Of a DNA stretch of 64,000 nt, positions 35,977-45,940 are shown piece by piece. Numbering within the stretch: the first letter of the stretch is position 1; every line of letters begins with the position of its first letter. The stretch is from sequence record MK327941.1, one strand, 5' to 3'. The position numbers and the translations under genes were made by a program. The notes under the pieces were generated by a model that saw only the letters and a program-made list of their open reading frames with translations, did no database searches and was not told the DNA's origin. Origin of the DNA: Escherichia phage vB_EcoM_G37-3.

Positions 35977-37146
35977 TTACCAATCAATCTTATCAGCCGG
36001 AATCAGTTTCTTATAATTCCGTAGATAGTAAGTTTTCATTGAATCCAGAATACGGTCATAATCAAGACCATCAAATGCAATCATCAGACACATGAAAATA
36101 TATGCTTGTGCATCACCGTGTTTACGTGATTCGATAGTCGCATTTGATGCATATGTCTTTCTGTCTTCTCCCGCGTGTGCGTTATAAAATTCTGTTGCTG
36201 TCGTGAAGGCATTGCGAAGAATAGACCTGAATGCTTCCTCGAATAGCTCGATTCGTTCCAGTGCTTCCGGTTCGCCTTCATATGCAGCACGCAAATCATC
36301 GGTTTCGCTTTCTACGACATAGTAGATCAGGTTATTAGGAAACATCGATGTGTTTTTAATGTTATGCACACCAATATACCATTCACTCTTCACTTTGAAC
36401 ATTTGACCGTCTTTAGTGCGTGCAACAATTCCTTCGATACCTTCTGCGATCCGAACTTCATCAAGAATATTGCTAAAACGCGCTGAATCAACCTGTAACG
36501 CATTTACCAGATGAGAACGTAGGATTGCGTCAGCAAATAGCATTTGATGCGGTACGTACTCTCCTGTGACGTTATGGCGTACATTCAGAAGTGTTAGCGA
36601 CGGTTCAGAATATTCTACAACAATTCGGTTGCTGGGCGCTGTATATTCAAAGTTGAAAGTATAATCAGACCCAATATCAGCAATCTTAGCGCGTAGATCC
36701 GCATACTTCTCTGAATACAGAAGACCGTTTGCTCTCTCTGCTTGGCTTGAGTACAAGGCCGCTTTAGACTTCAACTGAACATAGCCGTTATCAATGTATG
36801 TGCTTACTAGACTACCGTCCATTTTGTCCATGACCATTTCCACATCTTCCGGCTTAAAGCGAGCGCGATCATTCTCACCCAAATTAAAAAACTTCTCCAT
36901 AGGACGAGATGCGATGCGGACCGGACGACCTTTATCGTCAATTTCAAACATGATCCCGCGACACTCTAACGCATCTGGTTTATTCCACATTTCCGGTTTG
37001 CTCAAGTACAGATAGCTAAAAATGCGCATACGGGTTTGCATCGCCGTAATTTCATCTTTGTAATAGAACGTATCAGATCCGTCACATAGTGCCATCAGAT
37101 TTTTGAACAATGCTAAAACTTTTTTGTTGTTTTCTTTTGTTGACAT
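35977..37146 (-). CDS. rnlA: RNA ligase 1
   Basis: Extended similarity to T4 RnlA (ECRGIMFE, PVRIASRPMEKFFNL, KxDGSLVSTY, NFE). Confidence 0.9.
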   Translation of the reverse strand: MSTKENNKKVLALFKNLMALCDGSDTFYYKDEITAMQTRMRIFSYLYLSKPEMWNKPDALECRGIMFEIDDKGRPVRIASRPMEKFFNLGENDRARFKPEDVEMVMDKMDGSLVSTYIDNGYVQLKSKAALYSSQAERANGLLYSEKYADLRAKIADIGSDYTFNFEYTAPSNRIVVEYSEPSLTLLNVRHNVTGEYVPHQMLFADAILRSHLVNALQVDSARFSNILDEVRIAEGIEGIVARTKDGQMFKVKSEWYIGVHNIKNTSMFPNNLIYYVVESETDDLRAAYEGEPEALERIELFEEAFRSILRNAFTTATEFYNAHAGEDRKTYASNATIESRKHGDAQAYIFMCLMIAFDGLDYDRILDSMKTYYLRNYKKLIPADKIDW

Positions 37147-37543
37147 AATTTGTGTTCCATTCTGGTTTAAATTTGGTGATCAAAACAGGTTCTTCGATAT
37201 CGGCAGTGCTTATAATATCTTTACCCGTTGGATTCTCAATATATAACTCAAAGCACTGGCGGTAATAGAATGTTACTGTCTTCCCTTCCTCTAGCGCCTT
37301 ATGAATATTCTTACTCTTGCGAGTATCCGCTGTTGGTGTTTGTCTGTTAATGCTAGTCCGGTAATAATTGATCCGCTTTCTGAGATTGACAGTCTGACCA
37401 ATGTATACCAGTTCATCATCAACCACAATAGCATAAAGAACATTTAAACGGTTCTTCTGAGGCGGTAGAATCACATCACCATCTTTACACTCTAAACATG
37501 AATATTTAACGAATCCATAGTTTTCTATTAGCTCATTAATCAT
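37082..37543 (-). CDS. denA: GIY-YIG endonuclease (endonuclease II-like)
   Basis: GIY-YIG motif LYAIVVDDELVYIGQTVNLRKRINYY; position adjacent to rnlA as T4 denA. Confidence 0.6.
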   Translation of the reverse strand: MINELIENYGFVKYSCLECKDGDVILPPQKNRLNVLYAIVVDDELVYIGQTVNLRKRINYYRTSINRQTPTADTRKSKNIHKALEEGKTVTFYYRQCFELYIENPTGKDIISTADIEEPVLITKFKPEWNTNYVNKRKQQKSFSIVQKSDGTM

Positions 37544-37559
37544 TATCCTTTCCTCACGT

Positions 37560-37590
37560 CACAACAAAGGCGGGATTTCTCCCGCCCACC
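37560..37590 (-). terminator. Rho-independent terminator
   Basis: GGCGGGAGAAATCCCGCC hairpin plus T-rich tail. Confidence 0.5.
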
Positions 37591-37593
37591 TTA

Positions 37594-37992
37594 TTAACTT
37601 TCCAGAATATCGCGAGCTTCGTTACGCTCCTTGATGATTTTCAGGACAAATTCCAGTTTTTCTTTGTTTAGTGTTCCGTTTTCCATTGCTTCTTTGACGG
37701 TAAACACTCCGCCACCTTGCCCGTATACAGTGACAGTGATTTCACCTAACATCGTGGTATGAAAACCGCCAATTTTCGGTGATTCGAAAGAAACAATTAC
37801 CTCGCGGACAGTATTACCGTCGTTGATTTCTGAGAGGGTAATGTCGTTTTTGTAGGCGGTTGCTTTAACCATACGGATCAGCATAGTCTGATCTGGGGAG
37901 ATGGTCATTTTGTCCATTGCATGTTGCAATGCAGCGTAACCGAAAACTTTAACGAAGTCCAGAACGTCTTTGCGAGTTTGAAATTTAATCAT
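37594..37992 (-). CDS. Hypothetical protein
   Basis: 132 aa downstream of early promoter. Confidence 0.55.
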   Translation of the reverse strand: MIKFQTRKDVLDFVKVFGYAALQHAMDKMTISPDQTMLIRMVKATAYKNDITLSEINDGNTVREVIVSFESPKIGGFHTTMLGEITVTVYGQGGGVFTVKEAMENGTLNKEKLEFVLKIIKERNEARDILES

Positions 37993-38015
37993 CTTGATAC
38001 TCCTTAGTTGTTTTG

Positions 38016-38044
38016 GTATGGGAGTATCTTACTACTCCCGTGAT
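38016..38044 (-). promoter_or_regulatory. Early promoter, second PeSL class (inverted repeat spanning the -10)
   Basis: Minus strand TTGACA-N17-TAAGAT within GGGAGTAGTAAGATACTCCC palindrome. Confidence 0.6.
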
Positions 38045-38063
38045 ATGCTGTCAACTGCTTTTT

Positions 38064-38212
38064 TATGCAACCGCAAACATCAACATTTGAACATTCTTGG
38101 CTGTCTGGCTTTCAAAGTTCTGACATTCTTTGATAATGTCCTCTACTTTCTCGCCGGAGATCTCCGCGTAAGTTTCGATTGCCATTTTAAGTACCGCGTC
38201 AAAGTTGTTCAT
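38064..38212 (-). CDS. Small hypothetical protein (49 aa)
   Basis: ATG start; ORF MNNFDAVLKMAIETYAEISGEKVEDIIKECQNFESQTAKNVQMLMFAVA. Confidence 0.3.
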
Positions 38213-38279
38213 TTGATTCTCCTTAAAGTGTATTTCGTTTCGATGGGGGTATATTACTACCCCCGTTTCATGCTGTCAA

Positions 38280-38498
38280 CTACTTTTTAATGACAAGTTC
38301 GAATTTTGCTACCTTGCGTCCTCGTTTATTGAAAGCAACCCACGGACGGTTTTCAATGTAGAACAATTCTTCACCAATAATGAATACTGGCTGATTGTAA
38401 AGGCGACCCATCAGGTCACGCTGGCGAATGGTAGTAGATTCGTATACTTCGCCCACTACAAAGTGTTTGCTGATAGAGTCGGTGCAAGTAAATTTCAT
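38280..38498 (-). CDS. Hypothetical protein
   Basis: 72 aa. Confidence 0.45.
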   Translation of the reverse strand: MKFTCTDSISKHFVVGEVYESTTIRQRDLMGRLYNQPVFIIGEELFYIENRPWVAFNKRGRKVAKFELVIKK

Positions 38499-38567
38499 TT
38501 TGATTCTCCTTTGTTTCGTTTCGATGGGAGTATCTTACTACCCCCGTTATTCAGTGTCAACTACTTT

Positions 38568-38786
38568 TTACTTGTTGTATTCATTCCACCATTGGGTGAG
38601 CTTATCAATTATTTTTGTGTTTCTATCCAACTTCTCCCACCGTTTTCTAGGGTTTATCAACCGGAATAGGTAAGGTGTACTTGTTAAGTGAACTCGGTCA
38701 ATGTAGTGATTGATGTACTGCTTTTCGATTCTAAGTTTCATCTTTTTACGATGAAAATATGCAATGACTTGTTCTTCTGTTTCCAT
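38568..38786 (-). CDS. Hypothetical protein
   Basis: 72 aa. Confidence 0.45.
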   Translation of the reverse strand: METEEQVIAYFHRKKMKLRIEKQYINHYIDRVHLTSTPYLFRLINPRKRWEKLDRNTKIIDKLTQWWNEYNK

Positions 38787-38846
38787 ATGTTCCTCCGTTT
38801 CGATGTGCGTATTATGCTATGGCAAGATCAGATTGTCAACACCCAA

Positions 38847-38878
38847 TAACAAAAAAGTCGCCACGATGGGCGACTTTG
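38847..38878 (-). terminator. Rho-independent terminator
   Basis: AGTCGCCCATCGTGGCGACT hairpin followed by T6. Confidence 0.6.
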
Positions 38879-38886
38879 AACAAACA

Positions 38887-39363
38887 TTAATCATGACCGT
38901 GATTTGCAATATCCGCTCGCGTCTTATCTTTGTGATTTCCTACGTCAAAGACACGATAACCATTTTCACGCAAAACTTTAATCACTTCTGGGTTATCCTC
39001 AAAGACTCCGACAACTTCATCTTTATCAAAGGATTTAATTACCTCTAATTTGATGTGATAGTCTTTACGGGAATCGGTACGGCCTCTCATAAAGATTTTA
39101 TCAAAACACACCCCGTTAGAAATTAACCAATCAATTGTTTCCATGTAAGCATGTGAACTTCGTCCGGTGAGGATGTAAATCAAATGCCCGTTGTCGGAAA
39201 GAGCATTAATAACACGAATTACATCGTAAATGGGGGAATCTCCCCCACATGCCTTGTTATATTCGATCCATGACTCGACTTTATCAAGATTTTCGGTTGG
39301 CATCTTTGCTAGTCGATGCGTTGGATCTGTGATCGTAAAATCTAAATCGACAAAATATATCAT
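38887..39363 (-). CDS. HAD-superfamily hydrolase-like protein
   Basis: N-terminal DLDFTI (DxD motif I). Confidence 0.4.
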   Translation of the reverse strand: MIYFVDLDFTITDPTHRLAKMPTENLDKVESWIEYNKACGGDSPIYDVIRVINALSDNGHLIYILTGRSSHAYMETIDWLISNGVCFDKIFMRGRTDSRKDYHIKLEVIKSFDKDEVVGVFEDNPEVIKVLRENGYRVFDVGNHKDKTRADIANHGHD

Positions 39364-40523
39364 AGATATTTCCCGAATCGGTTGTAGTCGTCGTCTGTTA
39401 AATCGGTATTAACCTGAGATACCAGATACATAATCTCTACTTCTTGCGCTGCATTCTGTACTTCGTCAGAGTTCAACCATTTACGCATCCACGGTAACGG
39501 ATGACGACGAACACTAAACGGGCTTTTCAGTCCGGCAGCACGCATACGGGAATCTGCCAGGTATTCTACATAGGTTTTCAGAATTTCCGGTGACAGGTTA
39601 GGAATTGCCCCCATTGCGAATAGGTGGTCTACCCATTCTTTTTCTTGCTCGACAACATCCAGAAAGATTTTCGTTGCTTCACCTTCAAGTTCTTCCGCAA
39701 TCTGTTTCCACTCATCACCATCAACCCCCGTTTGCCATTGACGAATAATGTATTGTGTGCCTTTTAAGTGAAGTTGTTCATCACGCGCAATAAATTTCAT
39801 GATCTTCGCGTTACCTTCCAGTAAACCACGTTCGGCAAAGCTGAAAGTACATGCAAAGGACACATAAAAACGAATTGCTTCCAGTGCATTGACGCAGTGT
39901 GCACACAGATAAATCGAAGCCATCAGATCTCGTTTTGTATCTTCAAAAAATCTTCTTGCATCATCTAATGCTGTCTGGTCGTCTCGTTCTTCCCAATAGC
40001 GGAGATCTTCTTTTGCATTCTCATACTTACGAATCCAATAAAGAACATCATCATAATATTTCCCGATAGATTCCGCTCGCTTCATGATAGCAGGGTTATC
40101 GATGATCTGGTCGAACTCACTAGCCGGATCAATGAAACAGTTACGCATAATGTGTGTATAGCTTCGGCTATGAATCGTTTCGCTGAATGTCCATGTTTGC
40201 AACCATGTATCGAGAGTTGGATCAGATACAATTGGACCAAATACACGGGCTGGCGCTCTGCCTTGAATCGAATCTAGCAAAGTTTGATAACGTAAGTTCT
40301 CGGTGAAGAAACGCTTTTCAACATCGCTCATATTCAGATATTGAATGCGGTCAGTTGCAAGTGAAATCTCTTCTGGACGCCAGAAAAATGACAACTGCTT
40401 CTCGATCAACTCTTCAAATACTTGATGACGCTGAATATCATAACGAGCAATCCCTAAATCACTACCAAAAAACATCGGTTCGGTCATAATATCAACATGT
40501 TCACGATTAAATACGCTCATCAC
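39360..40523 (-). CDS. nrdB: Ribonucleotide reductase small subunit
   Basis: 387 aa; R2-type ferritin-like motifs; synteny. Confidence 0.85.
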   Translation of the reverse strand: MMSVFNREHVDIMTEPMFFGSDLGIARYDIQRHQVFEELIEKQLSFFWRPEEISLATDRIQYLNMSDVEKRFFTENLRYQTLLDSIQGRAPARVFGPIVSDPTLDTWLQTWTFSETIHSRSYTHIMRNCFIDPASEFDQIIDNPAIMKRAESIGKYYDDVLYWIRKYENAKEDLRYWEERDDQTALDDARRFFEDTKRDLMASIYLCAHCVNALEAIRFYVSFACTFSFAERGLLEGNAKIMKFIARDEQLHLKGTQYIIRQWQTGVDGDEWKQIAEELEGEATKIFLDVVEQEKEWVDHLFAMGAIPNLSPEILKTYVEYLADSRMRAAGLKSPFSVRRHPLPWMRKWLNSDEVQNAAQEVEIMYLVSQVNTDLTDDDYNRFGKYL

Positions 40524-41062
40524 TATTCTCCATCAATTTTGTTTATATTGTAACCCATGTTGCCTTTTTCTATTTCTCTCAACGCAACTGAATTAAACGC
40601 TCTTGCCGCATCTTGTTCGCTATCAAATCTCCCTATATGAACACTCTTTCCTTGTATATTAATATGAACTAGCCATCTATTTGTGTACTTACACCAACTT
40701 ACCCCGTTATATTTTGATGATGCACCTTTAAATTTAGTTCTGTTTCGATTGTTGACAGAATAATCAGTACCTCGTAAATTTTCTATATGATTGTTCAGCT
40801 TGTTTCGGTCGATGTGATCTATAACTTTAGGCTTATGCCCGTGAAACATATGATAAATCACATGATGTATTAACTTCTTTCTATTGTCTACTGTTAGTTG
40901 AAGATATCCCCCATTATGTGGACTTCCAACCTCATCACCAACTTTAACTTTATTGCTTGTTGAAACCTTTCTGAAAAGTTTACCATCTTCGTATTTAAAT
41001 AGATAATGATACCTTTCGTAAAGTATTCGGTCCTCTTCCGTATAATGTATTACCTCATACAT
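40523..41062 (-). CDS. HNH-AP2 homing endonuclease (mobE-like position)
   Basis: HNH (HHVIYH...IDHIDRNKLNNHIENLR) plus AP2 domain (YNGVSW...GRFDSEQDAARAFN); located between nrdA and nrdB. Confidence 0.65.
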   Translation of the reverse strand: MYEVIHYTEEDRILYERYHYLFKYEDGKLFRKVSTSNKVKVGDEVGSPHNGGYLQLTVDNRKKLIHHVIYHMFHGHKPKVIDHIDRNKLNNHIENLRGTDYSVNNRNRTKFKGASSKYNGVSWCKYTNRWLVHINIQGKSVHIGRFDSEQDAARAFNSVALREIEKGNMGYNINKIDGE

Positions 41063-41079
41063 AATATTTTACTCACTTT

Positions 41080-41245
41080 TTAACACAAAAGAACTTAGTA
41101 TTTCTGTTAACTTCGCTATCCTGCTGCAATTCCTGCACAGCTTCAAAACAATTTTGATGTGATGAAAACTCTACGCTGGTAACAGTTCCTTTATTATATA
41201 CGCCTACGCTAACGGAAAGCAATAACCATACAGTAGCCATTATCC
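41080..41245 (-). CDS. Small hypothetical protein (55 aa)
   Basis: ATG start; hydrophobic N-terminus MATVWLLLSVSVGVY. Confidence 0.3.
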
Positions 41246-41407
41246 TACAACCTCAAAGCATTTATCATCAGGAAGAATAGCCCATTCTACGCCATATTCA
41301 TCCTCAACGTAGTAGCAAGCCCCATCATGTCGAGCATCATATACATCACCGACAACAAAGCTATCAGCTAGCTAAAAATCTACAGCAACACATTTTAATT
41401 TGGTCAT
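41243..41407 (-). CDS. Small early ORF with in-frame TAG at codon 12
   Basis: Early promoter and GTGAGGA RBS precede ATG 41407; MTKLKCVAVDF-TAG-LADSFVVGDVYDARHDGACYYVEDEYGVEWAILPDDKCFEVVG. Confidence 0.3.
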
Positions 41408-41438
41408 AATAAAATCCTCACTTGTTTTTGATGGTTGT

Positions 41439-41467
41439 ATTATAGCGGGGATTTCTCCCCGCGTCAA
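41439..41467 (-). promoter_or_regulatory. Early promoter with palindromic spacer (PeSL-type)
   Basis: Minus strand TTGACG-CGGGGAGAAATCCCCGC-TATAAT. Confidence 0.65.
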
Positions 41468-41475
41468 CAGTTATT

Positions 41476-43719
41476 TTACAGCTTACAGGATGAACACTCG
41501 CTAGCGTCTTCCGTACCATCAGCACCATCACGCACGTTAGCGTAATACAGTGTCTTGAGGCCGTAATATTGAGCAAACAGCATATCATCTAACACATCAG
41601 CAATATCGACTTTACCAGTCTTATAAGTGCTTGGATCATAGGATGTATTGGAACTAATCGCCTGATCTACAAACTTCTGCATGATCGCTGCCAGTGTCAG
41701 ATAGGGCTTGTTACCTTTCTTGATCAGTGTCCAAAGCAGGTCAATAACATCAGCATTATTCTCTACGTTCGGAATAACCTGATTAAATTGCCCTTCTTTC
41801 GATCCTTTAACCGATACAATCCCGCGAGGCGGTTCAATACCGTTTGTGCTGTTAGATACCTGAGAAGATGACTCACAAGGCATCAGCGCCGAAAGCGTAC
41901 TGTTACGAATGCCATATTTTTTCAGGTCTTCGCGCAGTTCTTCCCAATCCATCTCATACACCGGATCAACCAGTTCATCTACTGTCTTTTTGTACCAGTC
42001 GATAGGAAGTTCACCGCGACCATAGCGTGTTTCGTGCATCAGTTCGCAAGCACCCTTCTCTTTAGCCAGTCGCACACTAGCCTTAATCAGAGCATATTGC
42101 AAGCGTTCAAACGTTTTATGCGTAAACTCGTTAGCGTCTTCATATGTGAAGAAATTATCTGCTAGATATGATGCAAAGTTAGTCACGCCAACGCCCAGAG
42201 ATCGACGTTTTTTGGCTGTCAGAGCTTGTTCTACAGGATAATCCTGATAATCTAACAGGTTGTCAAGTGCACGCACCATAACCATAGCAATGCGTTCTAC
42301 TTCTTCCATATTTTCGATATCGAAATTACCTAAAACATATGCTGCCAAAGTACATAGGCTAATTTCTGAATCATCACGACCCATCGGTTTTGTTGGCAGA
42401 GCAATTTCACAACACAGGTTAGATTGTTTAATCGGTGCTACATTACGAATAAACGCCCCGTGATTGTTCATGTTGTCTGTGAACGCTGGATAGATTCGAC
42501 CAGTGTTAAAACGTTCAATTGCCACCGCTAAAAACAGGTCTTCGGCTTTAACACGAGTTTTACGAACACTCGGATCTTTTTCCAGTTTTTCGTAAAGCTG
42601 ACGGAAACCTTCCTCATCTCGGAAGTACAGATCCCACAACAAGCCACCTGCAACATCTGGACTAAACAGAGTAATGTAATCCCGTTTAAGGAATCGCTCT
42701 ACCATCAGGTTATTAATCTGTACGCCGTAATCAAGATGACGAATGCGGTTATCTTCTACCCCCTTATTGTTCTTTAACACAATCAGACTTTCAAACTCTA
42801 AATGCCACATTGGGTAATAGAGAGTCGCCGCCCCGCCACGAATACCGCCTTGTGAGCATGACTTAACGGCAGTCTGAAAATGTTTCCAGAATGGGATAAC
42901 TCCAGTATGACGAACTTCACCATGCCCGATCTTAGATCCTTCCGCGCGAATCATGCCAGCGTTGATACCGATACCAGCACGCTTGCTAATATACTTGATG
43001 ATTGCATTTGCGGTTTCATTAATACCCTGCAATGAGTCATCACTTTCAATCACCACACACGAACTAAATTGGCGTGTTGGGGTACGCACACCTGCCATAA
43101 TCGGAGTAGGCAGAGAGATTTGCTTATTCGCAACCGCATTATAAAAATCAATCACATGTTCAAGTCGATTTTCTGTCTCTTCTTGATGCAAGCACATACC
43201 GATCAGCATATACGCAAATTGCGGTGTTTCGATGATTTTCTTAGTGCTGCGATCCTGAACAAGATATTTCTCTTTTAACTGCATCGCACCAGCATAGGTC
43301 ATTTTAAAATCAAGTTTATGGTCGATGAATTTCTCCAGATATTCCACTTCTTCACGGGAATACTTTTGCAGAATTTCACGATCATATTTTCCGGTTGCAA
43401 TATTACGCTCAATATGGCTGTAAAAATCAATCGGTTGGAATTGACCGTATACTGATTTGCGAAGCGCGAACATTGCAAGGTTACTTGCTACATATTGATA
43501 ATCAGGTGTTTCTACAGTAATGTTATCTGCTGCGACCTTAATCAATACTTTCTGGATATCATTGGTAGACATACCTTCTGTCAGAAGTGGTTCAACCATA
43601 TCAAACAATTCATATGGATCAACGTTATGACCTTCGGCTGCCGCTTCCAGAATTTTCATTACTTTTTCTTTTTCAAACGGAACAGTCAGACCGGAAGACT
43701 TAACAACATTTTTAATCAT
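41476..43719 (-). CDS. nrdA: Ribonucleotide reductase large subunit
   Basis: 747 aa; ATP-cone N-terminus, C-terminal CSSCKL-type tail; synteny. Confidence 0.9.
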   Translation of the reverse strand: MIKNVVKSSGLTVPFEKEKVMKILEAAAEGHNVDPYELFDMVEPLLTEGMSTNDIQKVLIKVAADNITVETPDYQYVASNLAMFALRKSVYGQFQPIDFYSHIERNIATGKYDREILQKYSREEVEYLEKFIDHKLDFKMTYAGAMQLKEKYLVQDRSTKKIIETPQFAYMLIGMCLHQEETENRLEHVIDFYNAVANKQISLPTPIMAGVRTPTRQFSSCVVIESDDSLQGINETANAIIKYISKRAGIGINAGMIRAEGSKIGHGEVRHTGVIPFWKHFQTAVKSCSQGGIRGGAATLYYPMWHLEFESLIVLKNNKGVEDNRIRHLDYGVQINNLMVERFLKRDYITLFSPDVAGGLLWDLYFRDEEGFRQLYEKLEKDPSVRKTRVKAEDLFLAVAIERFNTGRIYPAFTDNMNNHGAFIRNVAPIKQSNLCCEIALPTKPMGRDDSEISLCTLAAYVLGNFDIENMEEVERIAMVMVRALDNLLDYQDYPVEQALTAKKRRSLGVGVTNFASYLADNFFTYEDANEFTHKTFERLQYALIKASVRLAKEKGACELMHETRYGRGELPIDWYKKTVDELVDPVYEMDWEELREDLKKYGIRNSTLSALMPCESSSQVSNSTNGIEPPRGIVSVKGSKEGQFNQVIPNVENNADVIDLLWTLIKKGNKPYLTLAAIMQKFVDQAISSNTSYDPSTYKTGKVDIADVLDDMLFAQYYGLKTLYYANVRDGADGTEDASECSSCKL

Positions 43720-43788
43720 ATTACCTCACTTCATATTTTAGCAGGAACAAGTTTTATCCTCCATATTGGGGGCTTTCGCCCCCTTTGT

Positions 43789-45009
43789 TTATACTGCCAT
43801 TTGAGCGGTGATCGCTGGATGGCTTTGATAGTTGTGAATTTTAAAATCTTTCGGAGTCTTTGTCAATACCTCATCTAAAGATTTAAATTCCGGCAACTCA
43901 ATTGTTGGTTTATCAAACGGAACACGGCTTAACTGTTCCATAACTTGATCAAAATGGTTTTTGTAAATGTGAGTATCTCCACCAGAGAAAATCAGTTCTC
44001 CTACCTCAAGATCACACATTTTCGCTATGATGTGAGTTAACAGCGCATAGCTGGCGACGTTAAAGGGCAAGCCCAAAAAGCAGTCTACGCTTCGCTGAAA
44101 CCACATACAAGACAGTTTACCTTCATTGACGTAGAATTGTACGAACGGATGACATACACCCAATACAGCATTATGTGTTCCTTGTACGTTCCATGAGTCA
44201 ATGATGATACGTCGATCCGTTGGATTGTTTTTAATTTGTTCAATCACGTTTTGTAACTGGTCTTCCCAAATCTTCGGGCGATAGACATATTCTTCATCGT
44301 CTTTAGTGCTTGATGTGTCTACGTCCATACTAACAAACATCGTGGTATCCGGTGCTATAATATCCCCACCCAGATAATCACTATCAAGCAGATAACCGAA
44401 ATAACCATCATCTACCCATTCCTGGAATCCCCACAAGCAATATGCATCATTAACAAAATTAGATTGAGTCTTCCAGTGGTCTGCTACCAGAATATAATCA
44501 AACTCTTCATAACGCATACCACGCCAGATAGCACATAAACGGTCTTCTGTGTCATTGGTTGGCGTAAAGTCTTCTACCCACGGGTGCTTAAATGTATGTG
44601 TATATTTGCTCTTAACGCGCTTAATTTTGATTTCACCATGTGGATGAATCGGTTTGCGTCGCCACGCCATACCATACATATTGCCGACATTATAACCATT
44701 GAATCGCAAGGGATTCTTTTCTTTCATATCAAGACAGTTGCCGCGCCAAATATCAAAGGCTTCCTCGTCAAACTTGCCGCGTGTAATTTCCTGTAAGCGA
44801 CGGCGGTCAAGTGATCCATCCATAAACCATAGCAATTCGCCAATTACAGAGGCTGTAGCCATCTTTTTAGTGGTCAGTAATGGGAAACCCTTGCTTAAAT
44901 CAATTCGCATCTCTGCGCCGAATTTAGAGAGCGTACCTACCCCCGTGCGGTCTTCACGAGGACAGCCATTATCAAGAACATCACGCAATAGTTTCAAATA
45001 TTCTTTCAT
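43789..45009 (-). CDS. td: Thymidylate synthase with about 125-aa internal insertion
   Basis: TS motifs (DRTGVGT, RRIIIDSWN, VCHPFVQFYV, RSVDCFLGLPFNVASYALL, GDTHIY) in one 406-aa ORF; T4 Td is 286 aa. Confidence 0.8.
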   Translation of the reverse strand: MKEYLKLLRDVLDNGCPREDRTGVGTLSKFGAEMRIDLSKGFPLLTTKKMATASVIGELLWFMDGSLDRRRLQEITRGKFDEEAFDIWRGNCLDMKEKNPLRFNGYNVGNMYGMAWRRKPIHPHGEIKIKRVKSKYTHTFKHPWVEDFTPTNDTEDRLCAIWRGMRYEEFDYILVADHWKTQSNFVNDAYCLWGFQEWVDDGYFGYLLDSDYLGGDIIAPDTTMFVSMDVDTSSTKDDEEYVYRPKIWEDQLQNVIEQIKNNPTDRRIIIDSWNVQGTHNAVLGVCHPFVQFYVNEGKLSCMWFQRSVDCFLGLPFNVASYALLTHIIAKMCDLEVGELIFSGGDTHIYKNHFDQVMEQLSRVPFDKPTIELPEFKSLDEVLTKTPKDFKIHNYQSHPAITAQMAV

Positions 45010-45250
45010 CCCACATCACCTTTTTCTTATTGATTGCTTTCTTACGCAGTTTTGCTACTGTCTCGTCAATGTCTATAAAGATAACACCACGGTCGAATAT
45101 AGTAGCAGGTCTTGATATATCGCTATTTTCTTGCACAGGAAGCCATGATGCGCTCGCTTCATCATAGAGATATTGTAAACCGTAATAATCTACGGCTACT
45201 GCGTAGTTTTCACTGGTAGCTGACCATAATTGAATAATACCGACTTTCAT
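44981..45250 (-). CDS. Hypothetical protein
   Basis: Start at ATG 45250 (MKVGIIQLW), overlapping-stop coupling with upstream zinc-ribbon ORF. Confidence 0.4.
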   Translation of the reverse strand: MKVGIIQLWSATSENYAVAVDYYGLQYLYDEASASWLPVQENSDISRPATIFDRGVIFIDIDETVAKLRKKAINKKKVMWDERIFETIA

Positions 45251-45333
45251 TATTGTTCCCGTCCGCAATGTAAACACCGACTACCAGCAAACATCAAAGA
45301 TTCACCACAATGTTTGCACTCATAATCTGTCAG
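45241..45333 (-). CDS. Zinc-ribbon micro-protein (29 aa)
   Basis: MKILTDYECKHCGESLMFAGSRCLHCGREQ; GAAGG RBS. Confidence 0.35.
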
Positions 45334-45343
45334 AATTTTCATG

Positions 45344-45925
45344 TTACGCCTTCTTACGTTCTAAAATTTGTTCGCTGATCAGGTAATCATCAAGGAAGTA
45401 ATTATGTTCTTCTTTTGTTGCAAAGTCAAAATATAATTCCTGAATCATTTCCTTAGAGATGCCAACATCATATTCAAACGGATCATTAATTCCTGGTCGT
45501 TGAACATACGTTAACACAATACGGTCCGCAAAGTCAACTGCTTTTTCAATCAGGGAAGGTCCGCCAATAACGCTTACCAAACCTTGCAATTTCTCTATGA
45601 CTTCTAATAATTCCTTCAATCCACCATCATTAGTAATCGCGGTATACACATCTGGTTGGTCGCCGTTTTTTGCTTTCGGTGCTGGCTTACTGGTATCGGT
45701 GCTAACAACCACATTCACACGACCTTCCAGTGCTTTAGGGAGACTTTCAAAGGTATTACGTCCCATTACAACCGCCGCAAGATCAACATCTCCCATAGTG
45801 CGCATTTTAAAGTTTTCCATGTCCTTTTTGATTGGACGTCCCCACGGTAAACCGCCTTTAAAACCAAAAGCCCAATTTTCATCTGACATTTTAGTATCAC
45901 CAATCGCAAATACACATTGAATCAT
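45344..45925 (-). CDS. frd: Dihydrofolate reductase
   Basis: 193 aa (same as T4 Frd); GLPWGRP motif. Confidence 0.85.
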   Translation of the reverse strand: MIQCVFAIGDTKMSDENWAFGFKGGLPWGRPIKKDMENFKMRTMGDVDLAAVVMGRNTFESLPKALEGRVNVVVSTDTSKPAPKAKNGDQPDVYTAITNDGGLKELLEVIEKLQGLVSVIGGPSLIEKAVDFADRIVLTYVQRPGINDPFEYDVGISKEMIQELYFDFATKEEHNYFLDDYLISEQILERKKA

Positions 45926-45940
45926 AATATAAATCTCCCA

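Noticed and set aside
43745-43790. Hairpin GGGGGCTTTCGCCCCC between td and nrdA as a terminator
   Set aside because: The T-run follows on the plus strand, but the flanking genes are on the minus strand; more likely a structural or attenuator element, function unclear.
43789-45009. Group I intron in td, as in T4
   Set aside because: The td ORF is continuous with no frame break; the extra length is in-frame protein sequence.
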